A stretch of DNA of 64,000 bases from Eledone cirrhosa. Its lineage: Eukaryota. Of this stretch, positions 13,293 through 28,995 are shown one piece after another (position 1 is the stretch's first letter; each line of letters begins with the position of its first letter). Below the pieces are notes generated by a model. It was not told where the DNA came from. It ran no database searches and saw only the letters and a program-made list of their open reading frames with translations. The translations under genes and the position numbers were made by a program. The DNA lies in NCBI GenBank assembly GCA_964016885.1, contig CAXHJY010000523.1, forward strand, positions 124,001-188,000, read 5' to 3'.

Positions 13293-16258
13293 CTGAATAT
13301 CCACAGTGACACTAGTTGACAGTAAGACACACAATTACACACACAGGCTGAATATCCACAGTGACACTAGTTGACAGTAAGACACACACACACAGGCTGA
13401 ATATCCAGAATGACACTAGTTGACAGTAAGACACACACACACACATACACACGCAGACTGAATATCCACAGTAACACTAGTTGACAGTAAGACACACCCA
13501 GGCTGAATATCCACAGTGACACTAGTTGACAGTAAGACACACACACACAGGCTGAATATCCACAGTGACACAAGCTGACAGTAAGACACACACACACAGG
13601 CTGAATATCCACAGTGACACTAGTTGACAGTAAGACACACGCACATAGGCTGAATAACCACAGTGACACTAGTTGAGAGTAAGACACACACACACAGGCT
13701 GAATATCCACAGTGACACTAGTTGACAGTAAGACACACACACACAGGCTGAATATCCAGAATGACACTAGTTGACAGTAAGACGCACACACACACACACA
13801 CACACAGGCTGAATATCCACAGTGACACTAGTTGACAGTAAGACACACAATTACACACACAGGCTGAATATCCACAGTGACACTAGTTCAGAGTAAGACA
13901 CACACAGGCTGAACATCCACAGTGACACTAGTTGACAGTAAGACACACACAGGATGAATATCCACAGTGACACTAGTTGACAGTAAGACACACACAGGCT
14001 GAATATCGACAATGACACTAGCTGACAGTAAGAGACACACACGCAGACTGAATATCCACAGTAACACTAGTTGACAGTAAGACACACACACACAGGCTGA
14101 ATATCAACAGTGACACTAGTTGACAGTAAGACACACACACACAGGCTGAATAACAACAGTGACACTAGTTGACTGTATCACACAAACACAGACTGAATAT
14201 CCACAGTGACACTAGCTGACAGTAAGACACACACACACAGGCTGAATATCCACAGTGACACTAGTTGACAGTAAGACACACACACTGAGCCTGAATATCC
14301 ACACTGACACTAGTTGACAGTAAGACACACACAGGCTGAATAACCACAGTGACACTAGTTGACAGTGAGACACACACACACAGGCTGAATATCAACAGTG
14401 ACACTAGTTGACAGTAAGACACACACACACAGGCTGAATAACCACAGTGACACTAGTTGACTGTATCACACACATACGGGCTGAATATACACAGTGACAC
14501 TAGTTGACAGTAAGACACACACACACTCAGGCTGAATATCCACACTGACACTAGTTGACAGTAAGACACACACACACACAGGCTGAATAACCACGGTGAC
14601 ACTAGTTGACAGTAAGACACACACACAGGCTGAATATCCACAGTGACACTAGTTGACAGTAAGAAACACACACACACAGGCTGAATAACCACAGTGACAC
14701 TAGTTGACAGTAAGACAGACACACACAGGCTGAATATCCACAGTGACACTAGTTGGCAGTAAGACACACACACACACACACACATACACAGGCTGAATAT
14801 CCAGAATGACACTAGTTGACAGTAAGACACACACACAGAGGCTGAATATCCAGAATGACACTAGTTGACAGTAAGACACACACACACACACACAGGCTGA
14901 ATATCCACAGTGACACTAGTTGACAGTAAGACACACACAGGCTGAATATCCACAGTGACACTAGTTGACAGTAAGACACACAATTACACACACAGGCTGA
15001 ATATCCACAGTAACACTAGTTAACAGTAAGACACACACAGGCTGAATATCCACAGTGACACTAGTTGACAGTAAGACACACACACACAGGCTGAATATCC
15101 ACAGTGACACAAGCTGACAGTAAGACACACACACACAGGCTGAATATCCACAGTGACACTAGTTGACAGTAAGACACACACACACACAGACTGAATATCC
15201 ACAGTGACACTAGTTGACAGTAAGACAAACACACACAGGCTGAATATCCACAGTGACACTAGTTGACAGTAAGACACACACACACAGGTTGAATATCCAC
15301 AGTGACACTAGTTGACAGTAAGACACACACACACAGGCTGAATATCCACAGTGACACTAGTTGACAGTAAGACACACACACACAGGCTGAATATCCACAG
15401 TGACACTAGTTGACAGTAAGAGACACACACACAGGTTGAATATCCACAGTGACACTAGCTGACTGTAAGACACACACAGGCTGAATATCCAGTGACACTA
15501 TTTGACAGTAAGACACACACACACAGGCTTAATATCAACAGTGACACTAGTTGACAGTAAGACACACACACACAGGCTGAATAACCACATTGACACTAGT
15601 TGACTGTATCACACAAACACAGACTGAATATCCACAGTGACACTAGTTGACAGTAAGACACACACACACTCAGGCTGAATATCCACACTGACACTAGTTG
15701 ATAGTAAGACACACACACACACAGGATGAATATCCACAGTGACACTAGTTGACAGTAAGACACACGCACACACAGGCTGAATAACCACAGTGACACTAGT
15801 TGACAGTAAGACACACACACACACAGGATGAATATCCACAGTGACACTAGTTGACAGTAAGACACACACACACAGGCTGAATATCCACAGTGACACTAGT
15901 TGACAGTAAGACACACACACACAGGCTGAATATCAACAGTGACACTAGTTGACAGTAAGACACACACACACACAGGCTGAATAACCACAGTGACACTAGT
16001 TGACAGTAAGACACACACACACACAGGATGAATATCCACAGTGACACTAGTTGACAGTAAGACACACACACACAGGCTGAATATCAACAGTGACACTAGT
16101 TGACAGTAAGACACACACACACACAGGCTGAATAACCACAGTGACACTAGTTGTGAGTAAGACACACACACACAGGCTGAATATCCACAGTGACACTAGT
16201 TGACAGTAAGACACACACACACAGGCTGAATATCCAGAATTACACTAGTTGACAGTAA

Positions 16259-16292
<34 letters not shown>

Positions 16293-19200
16293 CTGAATAT
16301 CCACAGTGACACTAGTTGACAGTAAGACACACAATTACACACACAGGCTGAATATCCACAGTGACACTAGTTGACAGTAAGACACACACACACAGGCTGA
16401 ATATCCAGAATGACACTAGTTGACAGTAAGACACACACACACACATACACACGCAGACTGAATATCCACAGTAACACTAGTTGACAGTAAGACACACCCA
16501 GGCTGAATATCCACAGTGACACTAGTTGACAGTAAGACACACACACACAGGCTGAATATCCACAGTGACACAAGCTGACAGTAAGACACACACACACAGG
16601 CTGAATATCCACAGTGACACTAGTTGACAGTAAGACACACGCACATAGGCTGAATAACCACAGTGACACTAGTTTAGAGTAAGACACACACACACAGGCT
16701 GAATATCCACAGTGACACTAGTTGACAGTAAGACACACACACACAGGCTGAATATCCAGAATGACACTAGTTGACAGTAAGACACACACACACACACACA
16801 CACACACAGGCTGAATATCCACAGTGACACTAGTTGACAGTAAGACACACAATTACACACACAGGCTGAATATCCACAGTGACACTAGTTCAGAGTAAGA
16901 CACACACAGGCTGAACATCCACAGTGACACTAGTTGACAGTAAGACACACACAGGCTGAATATCCACAGTGACACTAGTTGACAGTAAGACACACACAGG
17001 CTGAATATCGACAATGACACTAGCTGACAGTAAGAGACACACACGCAGACTGAATATCCACAGTAACACTAGTTGACAGTAAGACACACACACACAGGCT
17101 GAATATCCACAGTGACACAAGCTGACAGTAAGACACACACACACAGGCTAAATATCCACAGTGACACTAGTTGACAGTAAGACACACACACACAGGCTGA
17201 ATATCCACAGTGACACTAGTTGACAGTAAGACACACACACACAGACTGAATATCCACAGTGACACTAGTTGACAGTAAGACACACACACACAGGCTGAAT
17301 ATCAACAGTGACACTAGTTGACAGTAAGACACACACACACAGGCTGAATAACCACAGTGACACTAGTTGACTGTATCACACACATACGGGCTGAATATAC
17401 ACAGTGACACTTGTTGATAGTAAGACACACACACACTCAGGCTGAATATCCACACTGACTCTAGTTGACAGTAAGACACACAAACACACAGGCTGAATAT
17501 CCACAGTGACACTAGTTGACAGTAAGACACACACACACAGTCTGAATATCAACAGTGACACTAGTTGACAGTAAGACACACACACACAGGCTGAATACCC
17601 ACAGTGACACTAGCTGACTGTAAGACACACACAGGCTGAATATCCAGTGACACTAGTTGACAGTAAGACACACACACACAGGCTGAATATCCACAGTGAC
17701 ACTAGTTGACAGTAAGACACACACACACAGTCTGAATATCAACAGTGACACTAGTTGACAGTAAGACACACACACACAGGCTGAATAACAACAGTGACAC
17801 TAGTTGACTGTATCACACAAACACAGACTGAATATCCACAGTGACACTAGTTGACAGTAAGACACACACACACAGGCTGAATATCAACAGTGACACTAGT
17901 TGACTGTATCACACAAACACAGACTGAATATCCACAGTGACACTAGTTGACAGTAAGACACACACACACAGGCTGAATAACAACAGTGACACTAGTTGAC
18001 TGTATCACACAAACACAGACTGAATATCCACAGTGACACTAGTTGACAGTAAGACACACACACTGAGCCTGAATATCCACACTGACACTAGTTGACAGTA
18101 AGACACACACAGGCTGAATAACCACAGTGACACTAGTTGACAGTGAGACACACACACACAGGCTGAATATCAACAGTGACACTAGTTGACAGTAAGACAC
18201 ACACACACAGGCTGAATAACCACAGTGACACTAGTTGACTGTATCACACACATACGGGCTGAATATACACAGTGACACTAGTTGACAGTAAGACACACAC
18301 ACACTCAGGCTGAATATCCACACTGACACTAGTTGACAGTAAGACACACACACACACAGGCTGAATAACCACGGTGACACTAGTTGACAGTAAGACACAC
18401 ACACAGGCTGAATATCCACAGTGACACTAGTTGACAGTAAGAAACACACACACACAGGCTGAATAACCACAGTGACACTAGTTGACAGTAAGACAGACAC
18501 ACACAGGCTGAATATCCACAGTGACACTAGTTGGCAGTAAGACACACACACACACACACACATACACAGGCTGAATATCCAGAATGACACTAGTTGACAG
18601 TAAGACACACACACAGAGGCTGAATATCCAGAATGACACTAGTTGACAGTAAGACACACACACACACACACAGGCTGAATATCCACAGTGACACTAGTTG
18701 ACAGTAAGACACACACAGGCTGAATATCCACAGTGACACTAGTTGACAGTAAGACACACAATTACACACACAGGCTGAATATCCACAGTAACACTAGTTA
18801 ACAGTAAGACACACACAGGCTGAATATCCACAGTGACACTAGTTGACAGTAAGACACACACACACAGGCTGAATATCCACAGTGACACAAGCTGACAGTA
18901 AGACACACACACACAGGCTGAATATCCACAGTGACACTAGTTGACAGTAAGACACACACACACACAGACTGAATATCCACAGTGACACTAGTTGACAGTA
19001 AGACAAACACACACAGGCTGAATATCCACAGTGACACTAGTTGACAGTAAGACACACACACACAGGTTGAATATCCACAGTGACACTAGTTGACAGTAAG
19101 ACACACACACACAGGCTGAATATCCACAGTGACACTAGTTGACAGTAAGACACACACACACAGGCTGAATATCCACAGTGACACTAGTTGACAGTAAGAC

Positions 19201-19885
19201 ACACACACACAGGTTGAATATCCACAGTGACACTAGCTGACTGTAAGACACACACAGGCTGAATATCCAGTGACACTATTTGACAGTAAGACACACACAC
19301 ACAGGCTTAATATCAACAGTGACACTAGTTGACAGTAAGACACACACACACAGGCTGAATAACCACATTGACACTAGTTGACTGTATCACACAAACACAG
19401 ACTGAATATCCACAGTGACACTAGTTGACAGTAAGACACACACACACTCAGGCTGAATATCCACACTGACACTAGTTGATAGTAAGACACACACACACAC
19501 AGGATGAATATCCACAGTGACACTAGTTGACAGTAAGACACACGCACACACAGGCTGAATAACCACAGTGACACTAGTTGACAGTAAGACACACACACAC
19601 ACAGGATGAATATCCACAGTGACACTAGTTGACAGTAAGACACACACACACAGGCTGAATATCCACAGTGACACTAGTTGACAGTAAGACACACACACAC
19701 AGGCTGAATATCAACAGTGACACTAGTTGACAGTAAGACACACACACACACAGGCTGAATAACCACAGTGACACTAGTTGTGAGTAAGACACACACACAC
19801 AGGCTGAATATCCACAGTGACACTAGTTGACAGTAAGACACACACACACAGGCTGAATATCCAGAATTACACTAGTTGACAGTAA

Positions 19886-19919
<34 letters not shown>

Positions 19920-22579
19920 CTGAATATCCACAGTGACACTAGTTGACAGTAAGACACACAATTACACACACAGGCTGAATATCCACAGTGACACTAGTTG
20001 ACAGTAAGACACACACACACAGGCTGAATATCCAGAATGACACTAGTTGACAGTAAGACACACACACACACATACACACGCAGACTGAATATCCACAGTA
20101 ACACTAGTTGACAGTAAGACACACCCAGGCTGAATATCCACAGTGACACTAGTTGACAGTAAGACACACACACACAGGCTGAATATCCACAGTGACACAA
20201 GCTGACAGTAAGACACACACACACAGGCTGAATATCCACAGTGACACTAGTTGACAGTAAGACACACGCACACAGGCTGAATATCCACAGTGACACTAGT
20301 TGACAGTAAGACACACACACACAGGCTGAATATCCACAGTGACACTAGTTGACAGTAAGACACACACACACAGGTTGAATATCCACAGTGACACTAGCTG
20401 ACTGTAAGACACACACAGGCTGAATATCCAGTGACACTATTTGACAGTAAGACACACACACACAGGCTTAATATCAACAGTGACACTAGTTGACAGTAAG
20501 ACACACACACACAGGCTGAATAACCACATTGACACTAGTTGACTGTATCACACAAACACAGACTGAATATCCACAGTGACACTAGTTGACAGTAAGACAC
20601 ACACACTGAGCCTGAATATCCACACTGACACTAGTTGACAGTAAGACACACACAGGCTGAATAACCACAGTGACACTAGTTGACAGTGAGACACACACAC
20701 ACAGGCTGAATATCAACAGTGACACTAGTTGACAGTAAGACACACACACACAGGCTGAATAACCACAGTGACACTAGTTGACTGTATCACACACATACGG
20801 GCTGAATATACACAGTGACACTAGTTGACAGTAAGACACACACACACTCAGGCTGAATATCCACACTGACACTAGTTGACAGTAAGACACACACACACAC
20901 AGGCTGAATAACCACGGTGACACTAGTTGACAGTAAGACACACACACAGGCTGAATATCCACAGTGACACTAGTTGACAGTAAGAAACACACACACACAG
21001 GCTGAATAACCACAGTGACACTAGTTGACAGTAAGACAGACACACACAGGCTGAATATCCACAGTGACACTAGTTGGCAGTAAGACACACACACACACAC
21101 ACACATACACAGGCTGAATATCCAGAATGACACTAGTTGACAGTAAGACACACACACAGAGGCTGAATATCCAGAATGACACTAGTTGACAGTAAGACAC
21201 ACACACACACACACAGGCTGAATATCCACAGTGACACTAGTTGACAGTAAGACACACACAGGCTGAATATCCACAGTGACACTAGTTGACAGTAAGACAC
21301 ACAATTACACACACAGGCTGAATATCCACAGTAACACTAGTTAACAGTAAGACACACACAGGCTGAATATCCACAGTGACACTAGTTGACAGTAAGACAC
21401 ACACACACAGGCTGAATATCCACAGTGACACAAGCTGACAGTAAGACACACACACACAGGCTGAATATCCACAGTGACACTAGTTGACAGTAAGACACAC
21501 ACACACACAGACTGAATATCCACAGTGACACTAGTTGACAGTAAGACAAACACACACAGGCTGAATATCCACAGTGACACTAGTTGACAGTAAGACACAC
21601 ACACACAGGTTGAATATCCACAGTGACACTAGTTGACAGTAAGACACACACACACAGGCTGAATATCCACAGTGACACTAGTTGACAGTAAGACACACAC
21701 ACACAGGCTGAATATCCACAGTGACACTAGTTGACAGTAAGACACACACACACAGGTTGAATATCCACAGTGACACTAGCTGACTGTAAGACACACACAG
21801 GCTGAATATCCAGTGACACTATTTGACAGTAAGACACACACACACAGGCTTAATATCAACAGTGACACTAGTTGACAGTAAGACACACACACACAGGCTG
21901 AATAACCACATTGACACTAGTTGACTGTATCACACAAACACAGACTGAATATCCACAGTGACACTAGTTGACAGTAAGACACACACACACTCAGGCTGAA
22001 TATCCACACTGACACTAGTTGATAGTAAGACACACACACACACAGGATGAATATCCACAGTGACACTAGTTGACAGTAAGACACACGCACACACAGGCTG
22101 AATAACCACAGTGACACTAGTTGACAGTAAGACACACACACACACAGGATGAATATCCACAGTGACACTAGTTGACAGTAAGACACACACACACAGGCTG
22201 AATATCCACAGTGACACTAGTTGACAGTAAGACACACACACACAGGCTGAATATCAACAGTGACACTAGTTGACAGTAAGACACACACACACACAGGCTG
22301 AATAACCACAGTGACACTAGTTGACAGTAAGACACACACACACACAGGATGAATATCCACAGTGACACTAGTTGACAGTAAGACACACACACACAGGCTG
22401 AATATCAACAGTGACACTAGTTGACAGTAAGACACACACACACACAGGCTGAATAACCACAGTGACACTAGTTGTGAGTAAGACACACACACACAGGCTG
22501 AATATCCACAGTGACACTAGTTGACAGTAAGACACACACACACAGGCTGAATATCCAGAATTACACTAGTTGACAGTAA

Positions 22580-22609
<30 letters not shown>

Positions 22610-22613
<4 letters not shown>

Positions 22614-25600
22614 CTGAATATCCACAGTGACACTAGTTGACAGTAAGACACACAATTACACACACAGGCTGAATATCCACAGTGACACTAGTTGACAGTA
22701 AGACACACACACACAGGCTGAATATCCAGAATGACACTAGTTGACAGTAAGACACACACACACACATACACACGCAGACTGAATATCCACAGTAACACTA
22801 GTTGACAGTAAGACACACCCAGGCTGAATATCCACAGTGACACTAGTTGACAGTAAGACACACACACACAGGCTGAATATCCACAGTGACACAAGCTGAC
22901 AGTAAGACACACACACACAGGCTGAATATCCACAGTGACACTAGTTGACAGTAAGACACACGCACATAGGCTGAATAACCACAGTGACACTAGTTGAGAG
23001 TAAGACACACACACACAGGCTGAATATCCACAGTGACACTAGTTGACAGTAAGACACACACACACAGGCTGAATATCCAGAATGACACTAGTTGACAGTA
23101 AGACACACACACACACACACACACACAGGCTGAATATCCACAGTGACACTAGTTGACAGTAAGACACACAATTACACACACAGGCTGAATATCCACAGTG
23201 ACACTAGTTGTGAGTAAGACACACACAGGCTGAACATCCACAGTGACACTAGTTGACAGTAAGACACACACAGGCTGAATATCCACAGTGACACTAGTTG
23301 ACAGTAAGACACACACAGGCTGAATATCGACAATGACACTAGCTGACAGTAAGAGACACACACGCAGACTGAATATCCACAGTAACACTAGTTGACAGTA
23401 AGACACACACACGCAGACTGAATATCCACAATGACACTAGTTGACAGTAAGACACACACACACAGGCTAAATATCCACAGTGACACTAGTTGACAGTAAG
23501 ACACACACACACAGGCTGAATATCCACAGTGACACTAGTTGACAGTAAGACACACACACACAGACTGAATATCCACAGTGACACTAGTTGACAGTAAGAC
23601 ACACACACACAGGCTGAATATCAACAGTGACACTAGTTGACAGTAAGACACACACACACAGGCTGAATAACCACAGTGACACTAGTTGACTGTATCACAC
23701 ACATACGGGCTGAATATACACAGTGACACTTGTTGATAGTAAGACACACACACACTCAGGCTGAATATCCACACTGACTCTAGTTGACAGTAAGACACAC
23801 AAACACACAGGCTGAATATCCACAGTGACACTAGTTGACAGTAAGACACACACACACAGTCTGAATATCAACAGTGACACTAGTTGACAGTAAGACACAC
23901 ACACACAGGCTGAATACCCACAGTGACACTAGCTGACTGTAAGACACACACAGGCTGAATATCCAGTGACACTAGTTGACAGTAAGACACACACACACAG
24001 GCTGAATATCCACAGTGACACTAGTTGACAGTAAGACACACACACACAGTCTGAATATCAACAGTGACACTAGTTGACAGTAAGACACACACACACAGGC
24101 TGAATAACAACAGTGACACTAGTTGACTGTATCACACAAACACAGACTGAATATCCACAGTGACACTAGCTGACAGTAAGACACACACACACAGGCTGAA
24201 TATCCACAGTGACACTAGTTGACAGTAAGACACACACACTGAGCCTGAATATCCACACTGACACTAGTTGACAGTAAGACACACACAGGCTGAATAACCA
24301 CAGTGACACTAGTTGACAGTGAGACACACACACACAGGCTGAATATCAACAGTGACACTAGTTGACAGTAAGACACACACACACAGGCTGAATAACCACA
24401 GTGACACTAGTTGACTGTATCACACACATACGGGCTGTATATACACAGTGACACTAGTTGACAGTAAGACACACACACACTCAGGCTGAATATCCACACT
24501 GACACTAGTTGACAGTAAGACACACACACACACAGGCTGAATAACCACGGTGACACTAGTTGACAGTAAGACACACACACAGGCTGAATATCCACAGTGA
24601 CACTAGTTGACAGTAAGAAACACACACACACAGGCTGAATAACCACAGTGACACTAGTTGACAGTAAGACAGACACACACAGGCTGAATATCCACAGTGA
24701 CACTAGTTGGCAGTAAGACACACACACACACACACACACATACACAGGCTGAATATCCAGAATGACACTAGTTGACAGTAAGACACACACACACAGGCTG
24801 AATATCCAGAATGACACTAGTTGACAGTAAGACACACACACACACACACAGGCTGAATATCCACAGTGACACTAGTTGACAGTAAGACACACAATTACAC
24901 ACACAGGCTGAATATCCACAGTGACACTAGTTGACAGTAAGACACACACACACAGGCTGAATATCCAGAATGACACTAGTTGACAGTAAGACACACACAC
25001 ACACATACACACGCAGACTGAATATCCACAGTAACACTAGTTGACAGTAAGACACACCCAGGCTGAATATCCACAGTGACACTAGTTGACAGTAAGACAC
25101 ACACACACAGGCTGAATATCCACAGTGACACAAGCTGACAGTAAGACACACACACACAGGCTGAATATCCACAGTGACACTAGTTGACAGTAAGACACAC
25201 GCACATAGGCTGAATAACCACAGTGACACTAGTTGAGAGTAAGACACACACACACAGGCTGAATATCCACAGTGACACTAGTTGACAGTAAGACACACAC
25301 ACACAGGCTGAATATCCAGAATGACACTAGTTGACAGTAAGACACACACACACACACACACACACAGGCTGAATATCCACAGTGACACTAGTTGACAGTA
25401 AGACACACAATTACACACACAGGCTGAATATCCACAGTGACACTAGTTGTGAGTAAGACACACACAGGCTGAACATCCACAGTGACACTAGTTGACAGTA
25501 AGACACACACAGGCTGAATATCCACAGTGACACTAGTTGACAGTAAGACACACACAGGCTGAATATCGACAATGACACTAGCTGACAGTAAGAGACACAC

Positions 25601-27230
25601 ACGCAGACTGAATATCCACAGTAACACTAGTTGACAGTAAGACACACACACGCAGACTGAATATCCACAGTGACACTAGTTGACAGTAAGACACACACAC
25701 ACAGGCTAAATATCCACAGTGACACTAGTTGACAGTAAGACACACACACACAGGCTGAATATCCACAGTGACACTAGTTGACAGTAAGACACACACACAC
25801 AGACTGAATATCCACAGTGACACTAGTTGACAGTAAGACACACACACACAGGCTGAATATCAACAGTGACACTAGTTGACAGTAAGACACACACACACAG
25901 GCTGAATAACCACAGTGACACTAGTTGACTGTATCACACACATACGGGCTGAATATACACAGTGACACTTGTTGATAGTAAGACACACACACACTCAGGC
26001 TGAATATCCACACTGACTCTAGTTGACAGTAAGACACACAAACACACAGGCTGAATATCCACAGTGACACTAGTTGACAGTAAGACACACACACACAGTC
26101 TGAATATCAACAGTGACACTAGTTGACAGTAAGACACACACACACAGGCTGAATACCCACAGTGACACTAGCTGACTGTAAGACACACACAGGCTGAATA
26201 TCCAGTGACACTAGTTGACAGTAAGACACACACACACAGGCTGAATATCCACAGTGACACTAGTTGACAGTAAGACACACACACACAGTCTGAATATCAA
26301 CAGTGACACTAGTTGACAGTAAGACACACACACACAGGCTGAATAACAACAGTGACACTAGTTGACTGTATCACACAAACACAGACTGAATATCCACAGT
26401 GACACTAGTTGACAGTAAGACACACACACACAGGCTGAATATCAACAGTGACACTAGTTGACAGTAAGACACACACACGCAGGCTGAATAACAACAGTGA
26501 CACTAGTTGACTGTATCACACAAACACAGACTGAATATCCACAGTGACACTAGCTGACAGTAAGACACACACACACAGGCTGAATATCCACAGTGACACT
26601 AGTTGACAGTAAGACACACACACTGAGCCTGAATATCCACACTGACACTAGTTGACAGTAAGACACACACAGGCTGAATAACCACAGTGACACTAGTTGA
26701 CAGTGAGACACACACACACAGGCTGAATATCAACAGTGACACTAGTTGACAGTAAGACACACACACACAGGCTGAATAACCACAGTGACACTAGTTGACT
26801 GTATCACACACATACGGGCTGTATATACACAGTGACACTAGTTGACAGTAAGACACACACACACTCAGGCTGAATATCCACACTGACACTAGTTGACAGT
26901 AAGACACACACACACACAGGCTGAATAACCACGGTGACACTAGTTGACAGTAAGACACACACACAGGCTGAATATCCACAGTGACACTAGTTGACAGTAA
27001 GAAACACACACACACAGGCTGAATAACCACAGTGACACTAGTTGACAGTAAGACAGACACACACAGGCTGAATATCCACAGTGACACTAGTTGGCAGTAA
27101 GACACACACACACACACACACACATACACAGGCTGAATATCCAGAATGACACTAGTTGACAGTAAGACACACACACACAGGCTGAATATCCAGAATGACA
27201 CTAGTTGACAGTAAGACACACACACACACA
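22610..27230 (+). repeat. ~2.24-kb tandem duplication of a partial HOR
   Basis: Identical ORFs offset by 2239 (22688/24927, 23149/25388, 23695/25934), then by 2384 (24407/26791) after three extra monomers. A private GGCTGTATAT variant is seen only at ~24433 and ~26817. Confidence 0.87.
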
Positions 27231-28961
27231 CACAGGCTGAATATCCACAGTGACACTAGTTGACAGTAAGACACACACAGGCTGAATATCCACAGTGACA
27301 CTAGTTGACAGTAAGACACACAATTACACACACAGGCTGAATATCCACAGTAACACTAGTTGACAGTAAGACACACACAGGCTGAATATCCACAGTGACA
27401 CTAGTTGACAGTAAGACACACACACACAGGCTGAATATCCACAGTGACACTAGTTGACAGTAAGACACACACACACAGACTGAATATCCACAGTGACACT
27501 AGTTGACAGTAAGACAAACACACACAGGCTGAATATCCACAGTGACACTAGTTGACAGTAAGACACACACACACAGGTTGAATATCCACAGTGACACTAG
27601 TTGACAGTAAGACACACACACACAGGCTGAATATCCACAGTGACACTAGTTGACAGTAAGACACACACACACAGGCTGAATATCCACAGTGACACTAGTT
27701 GACAGTAAGACACACACACACAGGTTGAATATCCACAGTGACACTAGCTGACTGTAACACACACACAGGCTGAATATCCAGTGACACTATTTGACAGTAA
27801 GACACACACACACAGGCTTAATATCAACAGTGACACTAGTTGACAGTAAGACACACACACACAGGCTGAATAACCACATTGACACTAGTTGACTGTATCA
27901 CACAAACACAGACTGAATATCCACAGTGACACTAGTTGACAGTAAGACACACACACACTCAGGCTGAATATCCACACTGACACTAGTTGATAGTAAGACA
28001 CACACACACACAGGATGAATATCCACAGTGACACTAGTTGACAGTAAGACACACGCACACACAGGCTGAATAACCACAGTGACACTAGTTGACAGTAAGA
28101 CACACACACACACAGGATGAATATCCACAGTGACACTAGTTGACAGTAACACACACACACACAGGCTGAATATCCACAGTGACACTAGTTGACAGTAAGA
28201 CACACACACACAGGCTGAATATCAACAGTGACACTAGTTGACAGTAAGACACACACACACACAGGCTGAATAACCACAGTGACACTAGTTGACAGTAAGA
28301 CACACACACACACAGGATGAATATCCACAGTGACACTAGTTGACAGTAAGACACACACACACAGGCTGAATATCAACAGTGACACTAGTTGACAGTAAGA
28401 CACACACACACACAGGCTGAATAACCACAGTGACACTAGTTGTGAGTAAGACACACACACACAGGCTGAATATCCACAGTGACACTAGTTGACAGTAAGA
28501 CACACACACACAGGCTGAATATCCAGAATTACACTAGTTGACAGTAAGACACACACACACACATACACACACACACACACAGGCTGAATATCCACAGTGA
28601 CACTAGTTGACAGTAAGACACACAATTACACACACAGGCTGAATATCCACAGTGACACTAGTTGACAGTAAGACACACACACACAGGCTGAATATCCAGA
28701 ATGACACTAGTTGACAGTAAGACACACCCAGGCTGAATATCCACAGTGACACTAGTTGACAGTAAGACACACACACACAGGCTGAATATCCACAGTGACA
28801 CTAGTTGACAGTAAGACACACGCACATAGGCTGAATAACCACAGTGACACTAGTTGAGAGTAAGACACACACACACAGGCTGAATATCCACAGTGACACT
28901 AGTTGACAGTAAGACACACACACACAGGCTGAATATCCAGAATGACACTAGTTGACAGTAA

Positions 28962-28995
<34 letters not shown>

